Shown piece after piece: positions 13,940 through 26,704 of a stretch of DNA of 64,000 nucleotides. Each line of letters opens with the position of its first letter. The stretch's first letter is position 1. Location: NCBI GenBank assembly GCA_964016885.1, contig OZ024741.1, positions 61,814,001 through 61,878,000 on the forward strand, in the 5' to 3' direction. This DNA is from Eledone cirrhosa. Its lineage: Eukaryota. Below the pieces are notes generated by a model that was given only the letters and a program-made list of their open reading frames with translations, was not told the DNA's origin and searched no databases. The translations under genes were made by a program, and so were the position numbers.

Positions 13940-15335
13940 ATGAAACAATCATGGAGTGGGCACTAGTTTGCATCAATTTCCTTTGTAAACCTTTCCCCAT
14001 CTTAATGCCCATCCCCATCATTATCTAACTACCCTACTATATTCCCCATGTCCCAGTCATTTCCTCCATCCCCACCTTACACAGCTAACAACAACACCTG
14101 CCAACGTGGGAAGGCAGGTCTTCTACAATACAGCACGATGCCAGAAATCTTGATCCTGTGTCATCTTTGTGATGTATAATTGAGCAAGGTCTGCATTTAT
14201 CACATTTCAGATTTTCCTAGGTTTTCGTCTTACATAGTTAACATCAACTTTGAATACCCTGCACCATTTTATACAGCTGTCATCCTTTATACACATCACA
14301 TGTCCAAACCACCACAATCTCCTCGCTTGTACACTGCATCTGACCCCTATTATACCTAGTTTTCCTCTCAGTTCACTGATGCTTTGCTGTTTATACACAC
14401 TACTATTACATATCAATTAGAGCATGCAAGCTTCATTTCGTTCCAATCTTCATACGTCCTCTACACATATTGCCCAGGTCTTACTACCATGCAGCATTGC
14501 TGTTCGTACACAAGCTTCATACAATCTGCCTTTTATTTTGAGGGAAAAACCCTTTTGTAGCTAGCAGTGATAGTAGTTCCCTGAACTTTTTCCATCCCAT
14601 TCTCACTCTGGCTACTGTTCTTCCAGAACACCCATCTCCACTGCTAACTTGGTCATCGAGATAACAGAAACTATCGATTACTTCTACGGAGTCTTCTGGA
14701 TATTTAAAGGAGCTTGTTTCCTGTGAGTTCTTGTTACTTCCTGCTCCTGTCCATCGACCATGTACAAAACCTACATTATTTGCTTGCCAGGCCATTGTTT
14801 GCATTTGGAAGTCAGGATGGAATTTCTACCTACTCATTTCCTGCACACTGATCAAGGGCATTTCCCTGAAGAAATCAGATCCCTGTTTTCCTTTCTACTT
14901 ACTAGGACTTTAGTTTTTGCCAAGCTGTCTTTAAGACTTTTTGATTCTAGGCCATGTTTCCAGGTTTGGAATTTCTTCTCTAATTCTACCATAGATTCAG
15001 CTACAAGGGTTAGATCATCTGCATGCAGGAGTTTCCATGGACAACCATTCTTAAACTCTTCTGTTATAACCTGCAAGATGATAATAAACTGGAGAGGGCT
15101 AAGAACAGAACCCTGATAGACTACTACCGGCACGCTAAATTCTTCACTATAGTCATTATTAATTCTAACCTTGCTGATTGCTCCTCTATACATCACCTGT
15201 ACTGCCTTCACAAACCACTCATCTATTCCTAGTTCTCTAAGAGCCCCCTAGATTATGGAATGAGGAACTCTGTCAAATGCTCTCTCCAGGTCACCAAATT
15301 CCAAGTAGAGTGGCTTACTTTTAGTTAGGTACTTC
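13940..15335 (-). mobile_element. Decayed RTE LINE: RT C-terminal half plus 3' region
   Basis: ORF pieces YQGSVLSPLQF..LLHADDL, VIDSFCYL and RRLWWFGHVM; homologous to 20898-22938. Confidence 0.9.
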
Positions 15336-15822
15336 TATATAATATATATATATAAACACACACATGTATGTGCGTGTAAGAAGTTAAGTGCCAAAACACT
15401 TGTTTAAGTGGGGTTTCTTCTCTGAAGATATGCTGTCCAGCGAGTTTCTTACCATTATATATATGTATGTAACATTATCATATCATTTAAAAGAATATAT
15501 ACATATGAATGAAAAGAAGTGGCTATTTTATATAACAAAGAAGAAGACGATACTAAAAGATGATGTACTTAGTCAAATACTTTGATCAATTGTTCTTCAG
15601 TGGCAGCAATCTATTGCATGGATATAAAACCTGTTCCACAAAGATTCTAGAGAACTTCATTCTCACCACACAAATGGTTCCATCTTATAACAATAAGCTA
15701 TTTCAATGCACTTTATTAAAGTCAATAAGCTGTACTCAGAAACAGATTTAAATGTCTTATAAGAGAGATTATTATATACAATCAACACCATCATCAATAA
15801 ACTTGAATATTTTCATTTCCCA

Positions 15823-15854
<32 letters not shown>

Positions 15855-16079
15855 CTATGTGTGTATTACTACAGATACATTATTGTACATGCAGCAAGAA
15901 ACATATGAGTGTGTATATATGTGTGTGTGTATAGACACACACACACAGTATAGATATGCATACATATATACAGATGGCTGTAGTCTAATGATTGAAACCA
16001 GGTAAAGAATAAAAGTATATACACATGTGTGCTTATATATATGTGTGTGTGTATGTGTGTGAGGGGGGTGGGGTGGCTG

Positions 16080-16760
16080 AGGGTACTGTTATTCATGATG
16101 ATCTGAACATGTCCAAAGTTTGTGAAAAGTTTGTTCCCATGGTGTCCATTGAAAATCAAATGCAGAGACACGTTGATGACAGCAGAGGAATGGTCGAGTG
16201 GATCGCTTCAAATCCAGATGTCCTTGAGTCTCTGGTAACCTGCCACAGGAGCTGTGTCTACAGGTATGATCCAGAGACTAAGAGACAGAGTGCTCAGTGG
16301 AGACATTCTAACTCCCCAAGACCCAAGAAGCCCAGGGAAAGCAATCTACTGGAAAGCTGATGATGATCCCATTCTTCAACAGCAAAGGCATCATCTACAT
16401 CCTCTAGGTCCCCAATGGCCAGACAGTCAACAAAGAGTACTATGTAGAGGTTTTGAGGCAGATCAGAAAGAGATTTCATCACAAGAGACCAGAACTCTTC
16501 ATGTCTGGTCAGTGGCACCTGTAGCAGGACAATACCCCAAAATTCCATCCTGGTGACCAACTACCTAGCCAATATGGAGATCAAGATTGTCCCTCATCCT
16601 CTCTACTGTCCAGACTTAGCCCCATGTGACTTCCAGATATTCGTGAGGCTGAAAGAGAAGCTCAGGGGTATCTGCTTTGAGGGAGACTAGAGTTTGTGTT
16701 GATCCGAGTTAAATAAATGTCTCTCTGATAAATTCTCAAAACCTCTTGAGTGTACATCAT
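16080..16760 (+). mobile_element. Mariner (DD34D-type) transposase relic
   Basis: KVCEKFVP..YRYDPETKRQSAQW, then after a frameshift GQTVNKEYYVEVL..QDN..HPLYCPDLAPCDF (YSPDLAP motif). Contains stops and frameshifts. Confidence 0.9.
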
Positions 16761-16858
16761 AGAGATGGCAACATGAATGGACCTGTTATTTTACTCTAAA
16801 AACATTTCTTCTGATTATGCTTTGCCCGTCCCTTCAACCTTTCTAATTTCTCATTCTT

Positions 16859-16893
16859 TCTTCTGATGAAGGATAGCATCCGAAACGTTAAGA
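16859..16893 (+). ncRNA. Minimal type I hammerhead ribozyme motif in a PLE-type terminus
   Basis: TCTT-CTGATGA-A-GGAT(AGC)ATCC-GAAA-CG-TT-AAGA. Stem I TCTT/AAGA, palindromic ACGT at helix III. Related flanks at 11316-11375 (minus, deleted) and 39461-39510. Confidence 0.65.
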
Positions 16894-19779
16894 CCTTCTT
16901 CCTGCTATTTCAAGTGTTAAACTAACATATCCCTTCCATATACTGTACTGATTGTGTTGTTATTTCTGTTTACCTTTTACATACATATATATATATAGTA
17001 ATAATAAATGTGAAGACTAAAATCCGAAGTGGGCTTGATAAGGATTATATATATATAAACCCGTAGAGTATATATACACACACACACAGATACACATCAT
17101 TATCGGCTGTCTTCTCAACCCTTTGGCAGGTTTTCTACAGCTGGATGTTCTTACTATCCCCAATCTCTTTACAGCGTGTACTGAGGGGGTTTATCATGCA
17201 AATCCCAAACACAAGGAAGGTTTTCATGCCCCTAACACCACTTTAGAGACTTCTTAATCCTTTTGACATGGTTTCTACAACAGAGTGCCCTTCCTATGTA
17301 TATTATTAAGAATGGTTTTCTAAAGGAGAAGAGATGGGAACTACAGTTAAATAAAGCACTCAATACATTAGTAGAGAAAATACATATTTTTCATATATAA
17401 ATGATTTATACATGACTAGACTGCTTCATTTGTTTAAAATCCTAAAACAGTTCTAGTCCTGCTGAAGTTGTGTGTGTCTTTGTATGTGGATGTGAATATA
17501 TGTGTATATGGATATATATGTGCCGCACATAATGTGAGTATGTGCAAAAATACAGAAACATAAAATATTTTCATATACATACAACTACAGCTGAAAAAAC
17601 ATGTTTAATCGTACTTTCTGAAGAGTGAGTCTGTGTGTGACAGGGAGGTGGACAAAATAATAGTTTAATTATCATATGAAAATGGCAGTTTGTGATGTAA
17701 AATAGTATAAACTGCTCAATATAGATAAATGTATATATGCACACACACACACAAATAACACCATGACAAGAAGAACCGAGAAAACTCTTCAGTTGTGTCA
17801 AAGGCATGACAACCTCTTTAGTGTTGGTGATCTTCATAATAAACATACACATACATTCTATATGATGGTTGATGGGCAGCATATGTGCCAAATAAAGGGT
17901 TGGGAGAACTCCTCAGTTGTATCAAAGACATCACAACCTCTTTAGAGCTAGTGCCATGATAAAATACATTCAGTGCACTCCAGTGTAGAAACACAGCTAG
18001 GTTGGTCTTGGAGATGTAGACATTGTCTAAACATGTCTCAGCCTAAAGTGAAAAATTTAGGTAATCACAAGATTTGTCATCTCCGAACAATGATTGTTTG
18101 GACTCTAAAAACAAAATCTTTAGAGGCTGTCTACATCTCAAAGACCAACTCCCTACTAAGTTGAAACACACAATGAATTCAACTGATTTTGAACCACCTT
18201 AGTATTGATTTCTATATTTTCTCAATAACTTCTCTTTTTCTAAACTTACACAATACAGTACACATTCTATACTACCCAACTCCATAGCTTAATAAATATA
18301 TCTCTATATTACATCCCAATACATAATACCACACATCTGCTATATGGAACACACACAGACACATGTATACCTATACATAGCCATTTCAAATTTAGATCTA
18401 TGAGTTCTTTCCCTTTGTTATACTACATTTTCATAAGCATTTAACACGCTATATTTTTAACAATCACTTCAAACTCATCCAAGTGTGAGGAATGCTATGA
18501 TTTATGAGATCAAGACATGGGTGATGAACATGGAGCAACACAGAGGCTGGAAAGAATAGATGGATGGATGAGTAGACTAGCACCAAGAGAGAATAAGACA
18601 AACAATGAATTGCAAAAGATGATGGAATAGAGTGAGTGATGAATATTGTGAAGACAAATAGAATGAGATGGTTGGGTGATGTGTTGAGGTAAATGACTGG
18701 GTGAAAGGAGTTATAGAAATAAATACAGAAGGAAGTAAAAAAAATATGACTAAAGATGGAGATGGAAATGAAAGCCATGGTATTAGGGAGAGATGGGGTG
18801 CAAATGATGGGACAAAGTGGTGAAGCCTGTCATGGACCCATGAGGTAACATCTGCTATTAAAGAGATGATGGCTTTAAAACATTTGTATATATGTGTGTG
18901 TGTGTATGCATATTTATATGTGTGTATATAAATATATATATACATATATACATACATCTGTATATATACATATATACATACATATGTATATATACATAAA
19001 TATATACATATGTATATATACATACTTGTTCAATTAACACTTAACATTTAATATTCTACCATTATAAATTTTAAAGGATTGTAAATAAAATGAGTAAATC
19101 AGACAAAGTTGGAATTCCTTTTATTAATATAATCTTCTATACACAATCATACACACCCGTGTATATTTATCTATCTCTATATATATACCTACATATATAT
19201 AAATATATGTATATATATATACATAACATACATATATATATATATATATATATAAACATATATTATGTATATATACATACATACATTATACATGCATACA
19301 TATATACATAAAGATATATACATATACATAAAATGATGATATATATATATAAACGGAAAAAATGAAACAACATTTCATTTCCCACTCCTAGCACGGCTGG
19401 TACATACTTATATATATATATATATATACAGAGAGAGAGAGAGAGAGAGAGAGACCTATTGATATTGCAGAAAATATAAGAGAACTAGAAAGCTTGTGAC
19501 TAAAAATAGCTTTAGGGATGAAGAAGATGGCAAAGTTGAAGAAAAGCAAGTGAAATTACAAACAACAAACACAAACGAAAAGCATACAATAAAAGAAAGT
19601 CTAGACTAAAATTCATACATTGAAATCAATCTATTTATACACACACACCCAGACACACACACACACACATATATATGTATATGTATATATGTACATATAT
19701 ACATATATATATACACACACACGTACATATATATATGTATGTATATGTACATATTTATATATATACATATATGTACATA

Positions 19780-22700
19780 AAAGACAAATTCACCTCGTGG
19801 ACGAGAATGCGAGCACTCCTCATTGTTTCGACCGCGGACGGCTAACATAACCCCATCGACCCCCGCCCCCCCACCGCCCCCAGCCCCCAAACGCAATCCA
19901 AAACTTCAGAGTTGGTACCATAAATGTAGGCACCCTAAAGGGTCGAGCTAACGAGGTTGTAGAAATGCTTGAACGTAAGGAGGTCGATGTTTGTTGTATT
20001 CAAGAGACCAGGTGGAGGGGTGGGTCTGCTAGGTTCATTGAGGGTAAAAAACGATGTTATAAGCTTTTCTGGGTGGGAAACGACGATGGGCTGGGTGGAG
20101 TAGGAATCATGGTAGCAGAAAAGTGGGCAGATAAGATAATAGACGTAAATAGAGTGAACGACAGAATAATTAAAATACGACTTGTCCTCAATAGAACTAC
20201 GGTGACAGTAATATCTGCGTACGCACCCCAATCCGGACTGCCCGGCACTATAAAAGACAGATTCTATGAGACACTGATGCTAACTACCTCCCAAATATCC
20301 GACAGTGACTATATAATTATTGCAGGCGACCTAAATGGTCACGTTGGACAACATTGTGACGGCTACGACGAAATCCATGGAGGCTATGGGTTTGGTACTA
20401 GAAATGAGAAAGGCTCCAGAATCCTGGAATTCTGTGATGCAAATAACCTAATTATCTGTAACACTAACTTCAAAAAACGTGACAATCACCTGATTACCTA
20501 TAGATCCGGGGAACACACAAGCCAGGTAGATTATATCCTTACCAGAAGACGTGACAGAGTGTCTGTTGTAAACACTAAATCCCTCCCCCATGAAGAATGC
20601 ACCTCCCAACATAGACTGATAATTAGCGACCTCATAGTCAGGACGAGACGTACTCGACAGCAGAAGAGGACTATCCTCAGGAGAAAAATATGGAAGCTAA
20701 AGGACCCCACAGCCAGGAATAAATTTCAAAGCATATTACTTGATGCTTTCGACAGTAAGGAAGAACATTTAGAGTCGGACAATATAGAGGGAGAGTGGGA
20801 ATTTCTGAAAGCAAACCTGCTGTTGGCGACAGACGAAGTCTGTGGCTGGAGCAGGCCTGTAGGCAGGAGGAGAGTAACATGGTGATGGAACAGTAAGGTG
20901 GAGGGGTCAATTAAGGCCAAAAAGCAGGCTTGGAAAGTATGGCGGGATGGGGGAAGTAGAGAAGACTATCAAGTGGCCAGGAGGGAAGCTAGGAGACAAG
21001 TGTACTTAGCAAGAAGGGAAGCTGAGGAAAGAAAGTTCAAGCATGTTCTACAACGCGATGACCAAAAACGTGAGGTGTTCAGGATTGCTAGGCAATGCGT
21101 CAAGGAAAACCGTGATATTGTCGGGGAGAAGTGTGTACTAAACGACGATGGCACACTTGCCATCACCGACGCTGATAAGAAGGTAGCTTGGAAGTGTCAC
21201 TATGAAAGGCTACTAAATGAGGAAAATAAATGGGAGAAAGACAGTCTCCCCCATATCGACCCAATAGAGGGACCAGCAGTGTTAGTCGAGGGGAGTATAA
21301 TAAGTAAGGCAATCAAGGATATGAAGACGGGTAAGGCGGCTGGGCCTTCGGAAATAGTTTCTGAGATGCTGAAGGCATCTGGCACGGTGGGACACACCAT
21401 GGTCACCCGCATAGTTAACCAAGTCGTACAGAATGGGGTTGTTCCGAAGGACTGGCATAGCAGCATCATCGTTAACTGTTATAAGGGTAAAGGAGACGCC
21501 CTAGATAGGAGTAACTATAGAGGCATTAAATTAATCGACCAGGTCATGAAGGTCACGGAAAAAGTAATAGCACAACTAATCAGAGAGAAAATTGACCTAG
21601 ATGAAATGCAGTTCGGGTTTGTGTCAGGCAAAAGTACCACAGACGCTCTTTTCATTGTACGACAACTACAGGAGAAGTACCTAGCTAAAGGTAAACCCTT
21701 CTACTTAGCTTTTGTCGACTTGGAGAAAGCCTTCGACAGAGTCCCCCGCTCCATTATCTGGTGGGCTCTTAGAAAACTAGGCGTTGACGAATGGCTTGTG
21801 AGAGCTATACAAGCCATGTATAAAGAAACAGTCAGCAAGGTTAGAATTAACAACGAATATAGTGAAGAGTTTAGCGTAAAAGTTGGCGTCCATCAGGGCT
21901 CTGTTCTCAGCCCCCTACTATTTATTATTGCCCTTCAGGCTATAACAGAGGAGTTCAAGACCGGCTGCCCATGGGAACTCCTATACGCAGATGACCGGAC
22001 ACTCATAGCGGAATCAATGGCCGAGCTAGAGAAGAAATTCCAAACATGGAAGCACGGCCTAGAATCAAAAGGACTTAAAATTAACCTAGCTAAGACTAAA
22101 GTTCTAGTTTGTAGGAAAGAAAATAAGGCGGCGGTCCCTTCTGGGAAATGGTCGTGCTCGGTGTGTAGGAAAGGCGTAGGTAGAAACTCCATTTTATGTC
22201 CTAAATGCAAAGTATGGGTGCATAAAAGATGTAGTGGGATCACAGGTAAGCTAACTAAGAACATAGATTTTACATGTGGCCGGTGCTCTGGTGCAATAAG
22301 TAGCAGCAAGTGCCCACAACATACTAGCTCTTTCAATTGCGCAGAGGATTCTATAGAAATAGTGGACAGTTTCCGTTACCTGGGTGATAAAATCAGCAGT
22401 GGGGGAGGGTGCTCTGAAAGTACAGTAGCTAGAGTCAGAACTGGTTGGAAAAAGTTCAGAGAGCTTATACCACTATTAGCCGCTAAAGGGTTCTCCCTAA
22501 AAATGAAAGGCAGGTTGTACGATGCCTGCATACGAACAGCAATGTTGCATGGCAGTGAGACCTGGGCATACTAGAGAGGATATACGCAGACTAGAGAGAA
22601 ACGAAGCTTGCATGCTCCGCTGGATGTGTAATAGTAATATACGTGAACGACAAAGCATAAACGAACTAAGGAAAAAATTAGAAATAAGAGGGATCAGATG

Positions 22701-22979
22701 TTGTTTACTCGAGAGAAGGCTACGTTGGTATGGTCACGTGATGCGCATGAAGCACGATAGCTGTATAACAAAGTGCAGGGCAATAAAGATAGACGGTAGC
22801 CACGGAATAGGCAGACCCAGAAAAACCTGGGACGAGCTGATAAACTCCGACCTTACACACTTACACCTCACCAAGACAATGTCACTGGACCGAGACCTTT
22901 GGCCGTACTCAGTAATAGAGAAGACCCGCCTTACCTAAATACAAAGCAAAACCTACTACAGTCAGTAGGCATCTCTAAC

Positions 22980-23012
<33 letters not shown>
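19780..23012 (+). mobile_element. Near-full-length RTE LINE (APE + RT + Cys/His finger) with an (ATG)n tail
   Basis: APE motifs GTINVGTL, CIQETRW, SAYAPQ, GDLNGHVG and SQHRL; RT motifs FVDLEKAFDRV, QGSVLSP and YADD; (ATG)n at 22981-23012. Confidence 0.97.
19905..22938 (+). pseudogene. RTE APE-RT polyprotein with two lesions
   Basis: In-frame TGA at 20883-20885 within VTW*WN, and a frameshift at ~22566-22574 (ETWALCAEDIRR is intact in the copy at 34638-35048). Confidence 0.9.
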
Positions 23013-23071
23013 ATATATATATATATATAATAATATATAAGATCAAAAGATGGTTAAAAGAGTTCCATGTA

Positions 23072-23138
23072 TTTTATTATGCGCATTTCAAAAACAAATA
23101 TCATCATGCAATAACATTTGCGTTTTCGTCAGATAAAA
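23072..23138 (-). ncRNA. Type I hammerhead ribozyme (PLE-A 3' UTR)
   Basis: TTTTAT-CTGACGA-[16-bp stem II]-GAAA-TGCGC-ATA^ATAAAA. Intact core, palindromic helix III. Confidence 0.85.
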
Positions 23139-23541
23139 TAGGGAGACATGATATGAAGGTTAAAACACACTTGTGAATAGTGCAGTTTTAAATCAACATA
23201 TGAAAAATAGTTTTAGATTGATGTGTGATATTGGGAAAAAAATTGGGGGGGGGGATGAAAAAGAGGAGGAGATGAGAGTAAAAAGTGGAGGGGGAGGAGT
23301 ATAATGAGGAAGGAGGAGATAGGAGGAGAGATGGGTGATAAAGAGAGAGAGAGATAGCTTTTATAACTGAGAAAAATATATTGTTTTACATAGAGAGGTT
23401 GAAAAACCGTTGGAAGATAATATATAAATTAAAAGAATTTGAAAATTAACGAAGAGAAAAATTTTAGAATAATGTTAAATTAGGGTTTGTATATTTAAGG
23501 GTTTAATAATATGTGCGATGAAAAGAAATTGTTAATATGTA

Positions 23542-24734
23542 TCATAATCTATAAAGCTCAGTGTGTGGTCATGTTCCTTTCTTATAGAAATCTACGATAT
23601 AGAATTTCTTCAATTGAAATTTACAATTCAGTATTCGAAATAGTTTCGATTGCGTCTTGGTACATCTCATTTTTTCAATTTCACCCACAATTACGCCAAA
23701 AAATAGAAAAAACTCAATATTTTACGATTTTTCTCTGTCATTTAAACTGCTAAACTCTTTCCGCTACCATTCAAAATCTATACAACTTCATACTTTCTGC
23801 TACTTTCTCTTTCCAAGCTTGATGGTGATACTGTCCGTTTTACTCTGTCATATCATCTGCTTCTATCTATCTACAACCCACACATTTTGCTACTTTCTCT
23901 TTTATACTTCAAATTATTACATTTCATACGAAACGACAATTATTCAAAAGCAACAGATACATTTATTCAAGAACAAGCGATAAATCTTTTTTAAAACCTC
24001 TTTTCCAACCGCATACAAACACACACTCACTTCAACAACAACAAGAATCTGCCTTTTAGAGATAATGATACACAATAATATCGTCTATGAGGTCACTAAA
24101 CCTGCTAGAAACAGCAGGTAACTCTCCCCCATATCACACGACTCCCTACTGTCTTAAATTTAGAAAACCCATATCCTCTATGAGGTTACTAAACCTGCTA
24201 GAAACAGCAGCTAACTCTCCCCCATATCACACCCATCCCTACTGTCTTAAATTTAGAAAACATATCTTCTATGAGGTCACTAAACCTGCTAGAAACAGCA
24301 GCTAACTCTCCTCCATATCACACCACTCCCTACTGTCTTAAATTTAGAAAACACATATCCTCTATGAGGTCACTAAACCTGCTAGAAACAACAGCTAACT
24401 CTCCCTCATATCACAACCCTCCCTACTGTCTTAAATTTAGAAAACACACAGACAACCATGCAGAACAACTCCATCGCAGCTCTGATGTTCGGCTGGCATC
24501 GTCTACGCGCGTGTTGCGCAAGTACTGTGAAACAGTAAATTTCAACACTTTTTTGCACATAGATAATATCCATAGGCGAAACTACAATTGTCACTGCTGG
24601 CGCAGCTCCTGCGTCAAGGTCTGCAATTCCTTCACCCAGTGCCTGGCAGACAAAAGAGTGCTGCCATAAAATGGGTGGTGCAACCTAACTTTGGTAACTT
24701 AATGACCCCGAGCAACGCCGGGCTTTAATGCTAG
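23542..24734 (+). mobile_element. Non-autonomous Helitron with central tandem repeats
   Basis: A|TC start (TCATAATCTATAAAGC), 3' hairpin CCCG-AGCAACGC-CGGG plus CTAG|T. No TSD; removing it restores contiguous PLE UTR. Confidence 0.85.
24084..24448 (+). repeat. ~93-bp tandem repeat x4 inside the Helitron
   Basis: Units start at 24084, 24177, 24268 and 24361 (TCTATGAGGTCACTAAACCTGCTAGAAACAGC...). Confidence 0.97.
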
Positions 24735-26123
24735 TTAAGAATAATATTTAAGGGTTTAATAATATGTGCGATGGAAAGAAATTGTTGATATGTATTATTA
24801 AAAAATATAAAAATATAGCAATAGTAATGTAATTAAGGATATATTGTGAAAGAAGTAGAAGAGAGGATGAATAAGTGTAATATGTATAAGTTAGATGAGC
24901 ATGAAAGGGAGAAAAATAATGAATTGAGGATGAATAATCTAACGTCAAAAAAATTTTTATGTTTACGAAGGATTTTTTTAAGGTGATATAAAGTAAGAAT
25001 ATATAGTGCTGTATATTAATTGTTTCTACGTTAGGCACAATGATAATTGAGAAGTGTCTAGGAAGAAAAGGTACAGATTAGGGGTTAGAAATTAAAAGAA
25101 AGAGAAAAGAAAAGAAAAAAGGAAAAAGAAAGAAAGGGAAGTGATAAATAGGAGTGAAATAGAATGAGTAACTAGTATTATATAATGTATAATAAATAAC
25201 ATTGAAATAAGGTATAAAGATGGGTATATTTTTAAAGAAATATATATGTATATATATATATGTGCCTTTGAGAAAAGGATTTTAAATTGGTAAAGTATTA
25301 GATATTAGCTGTATACTTTATGGAATGTTCTGTGGAATTTATGCAAGCAGAGAGAAAACAAGTCAGTGCGTCTATTTATTATAGAATCTAAATTAGATAT
25401 AATGGTAAATTTTTCACATAAACAGAGATTGCATGTCTTGGATAGAGAACTGTTCAAGTATGTAGAAGCAGAAGAAAGCTTCTTCCAAGAGATGTTATAG
25501 TTAATATTTTTGTCTTTCAAGGACCATATGAGTTCTGAGAGTGCCACGTTGGTTCTTTTAAGTTTGTATTTAAAAGACGAATGATGATTATAAAGACGAG
25601 CTTTAAAGGAGGTGGAAGTGGAGCCAAAATAGGTAAAGGAATTGGTGTCAGTTATAACTTTACATTCGTAGATTAAGTTTTTTTCAAGACAATGGTTGTT
25701 GAGAGGACATTTATTTTTAACAGGGCAATTGCAATTGCGATTAGAGAGATTAACAGAGTTATTAACAAGTGACCTAGTGTTATCTATAGAAGAGATTGGA
25801 TTGGAGAAGTTATTTACGATAGGAATAATAGTTTCTTGATTTAGAATGGGATTAAGAACATTTAGCGGAGTTGCGTTTGACGTTGTATTTGGGTTTGCAG
25901 AAATTAGCCTAGAGTTTACAATGACGTCGGGAGTACTATTACTATTATTATGATATTCAGTGTTGGAAGGAAGAGATTTAGTATTTAGTATTTTATTGTT
26001 GTGTTTAGAGATAATGTTGGAGATGTTGGAGGAGGTCGAATAGGAGAATTTTATAGTGTGTTTGTTAAATATTTTACTATAGATATGTGAGGGAGGGAAG
26101 CATTTATTTAAGGCACTAAAGAA

Positions 26124-26338
26124 TAATTTAGGAATATTATTATTAATAGAATAAAGTACCAGTAATTTAGGAATATTATTATTAATAGAATAAAGTACCA
26201 GTAATTTAGGAATATTATTATTAATAGAATAAAGTACCAGTAATTTAGGAATATTATTATTAATAGAATAAAGTACCAGTAATGCACTGGGTTATTTGCT
26301 GGCCTTGTGCCTAAAGTAGAAACAATTATTATTAATAG
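26124..26338 (+). repeat. 39-bp minisatellite x4 at a PLE/SINE junction, plus the SINE-A 3' fragment
   Basis: Unit TAATTTAGGAATATTATTATTAATAGAATAAAGTACCAG; ATTATTATTAATAGA recurs after the SINE tail. Confidence 0.9.
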
Positions 26339-26515
26339 AGATGGAGAAAGGAGCATTATACCAGATTATGTTTTTGTATCTAGGTCTTTTATTAAAGTTA
26401 TTGGAATGATCATGATTAATTATTCTACTGTAAGATCTTCTAGAATTTGTTTCTTTACTATATTTGATTTTATCAGGATAACCGGCTTTAGAAAGCGTGT
26501 TATTATAGTAATTGG

Positions 26516-26704
26516 AAAAGGGCGGTGGAGTGGCAGTATCAGTAGAGGTTCGGACGCCATGCTTTCCAGCATAGTTAAGTCCCTTTACGATCTGAGTTCA
26601 AATCCCGCCGAGGTTGACTTTGCCTTTCATCCTTACGGGGTCGATAAAATAAAGTACCAGTAATGCACTGGGTAATTGCTGGCCTTGTGCCTAAAGTAGA
26701 AACA
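26516..26704 (+). mobile_element. SINE family A, full length with a 14-bp TSD
   Basis: TSD ATTATAGTAATTGG at 26502-26515 and 26705-26718; tRNA-like head with B-box GAGTTCAAATCCC. Confidence 0.92.

Noticed and set aside
23491-24794. 51-bp direct repeat as a target-site duplication of the Helitron
   Set aside because: The second copy starts 9 bp after CTAG. Removing the element leaves a pre-existing ~60-bp tandem duplication in the PLE UTR, and Helitrons make no TSD.
26516-26610. tRNA genes (also at 36437, 45277 and 56881)
   Set aside because: These are A/B-box heads of SINEs followed by SINE bodies, with no complete cloverleaf.
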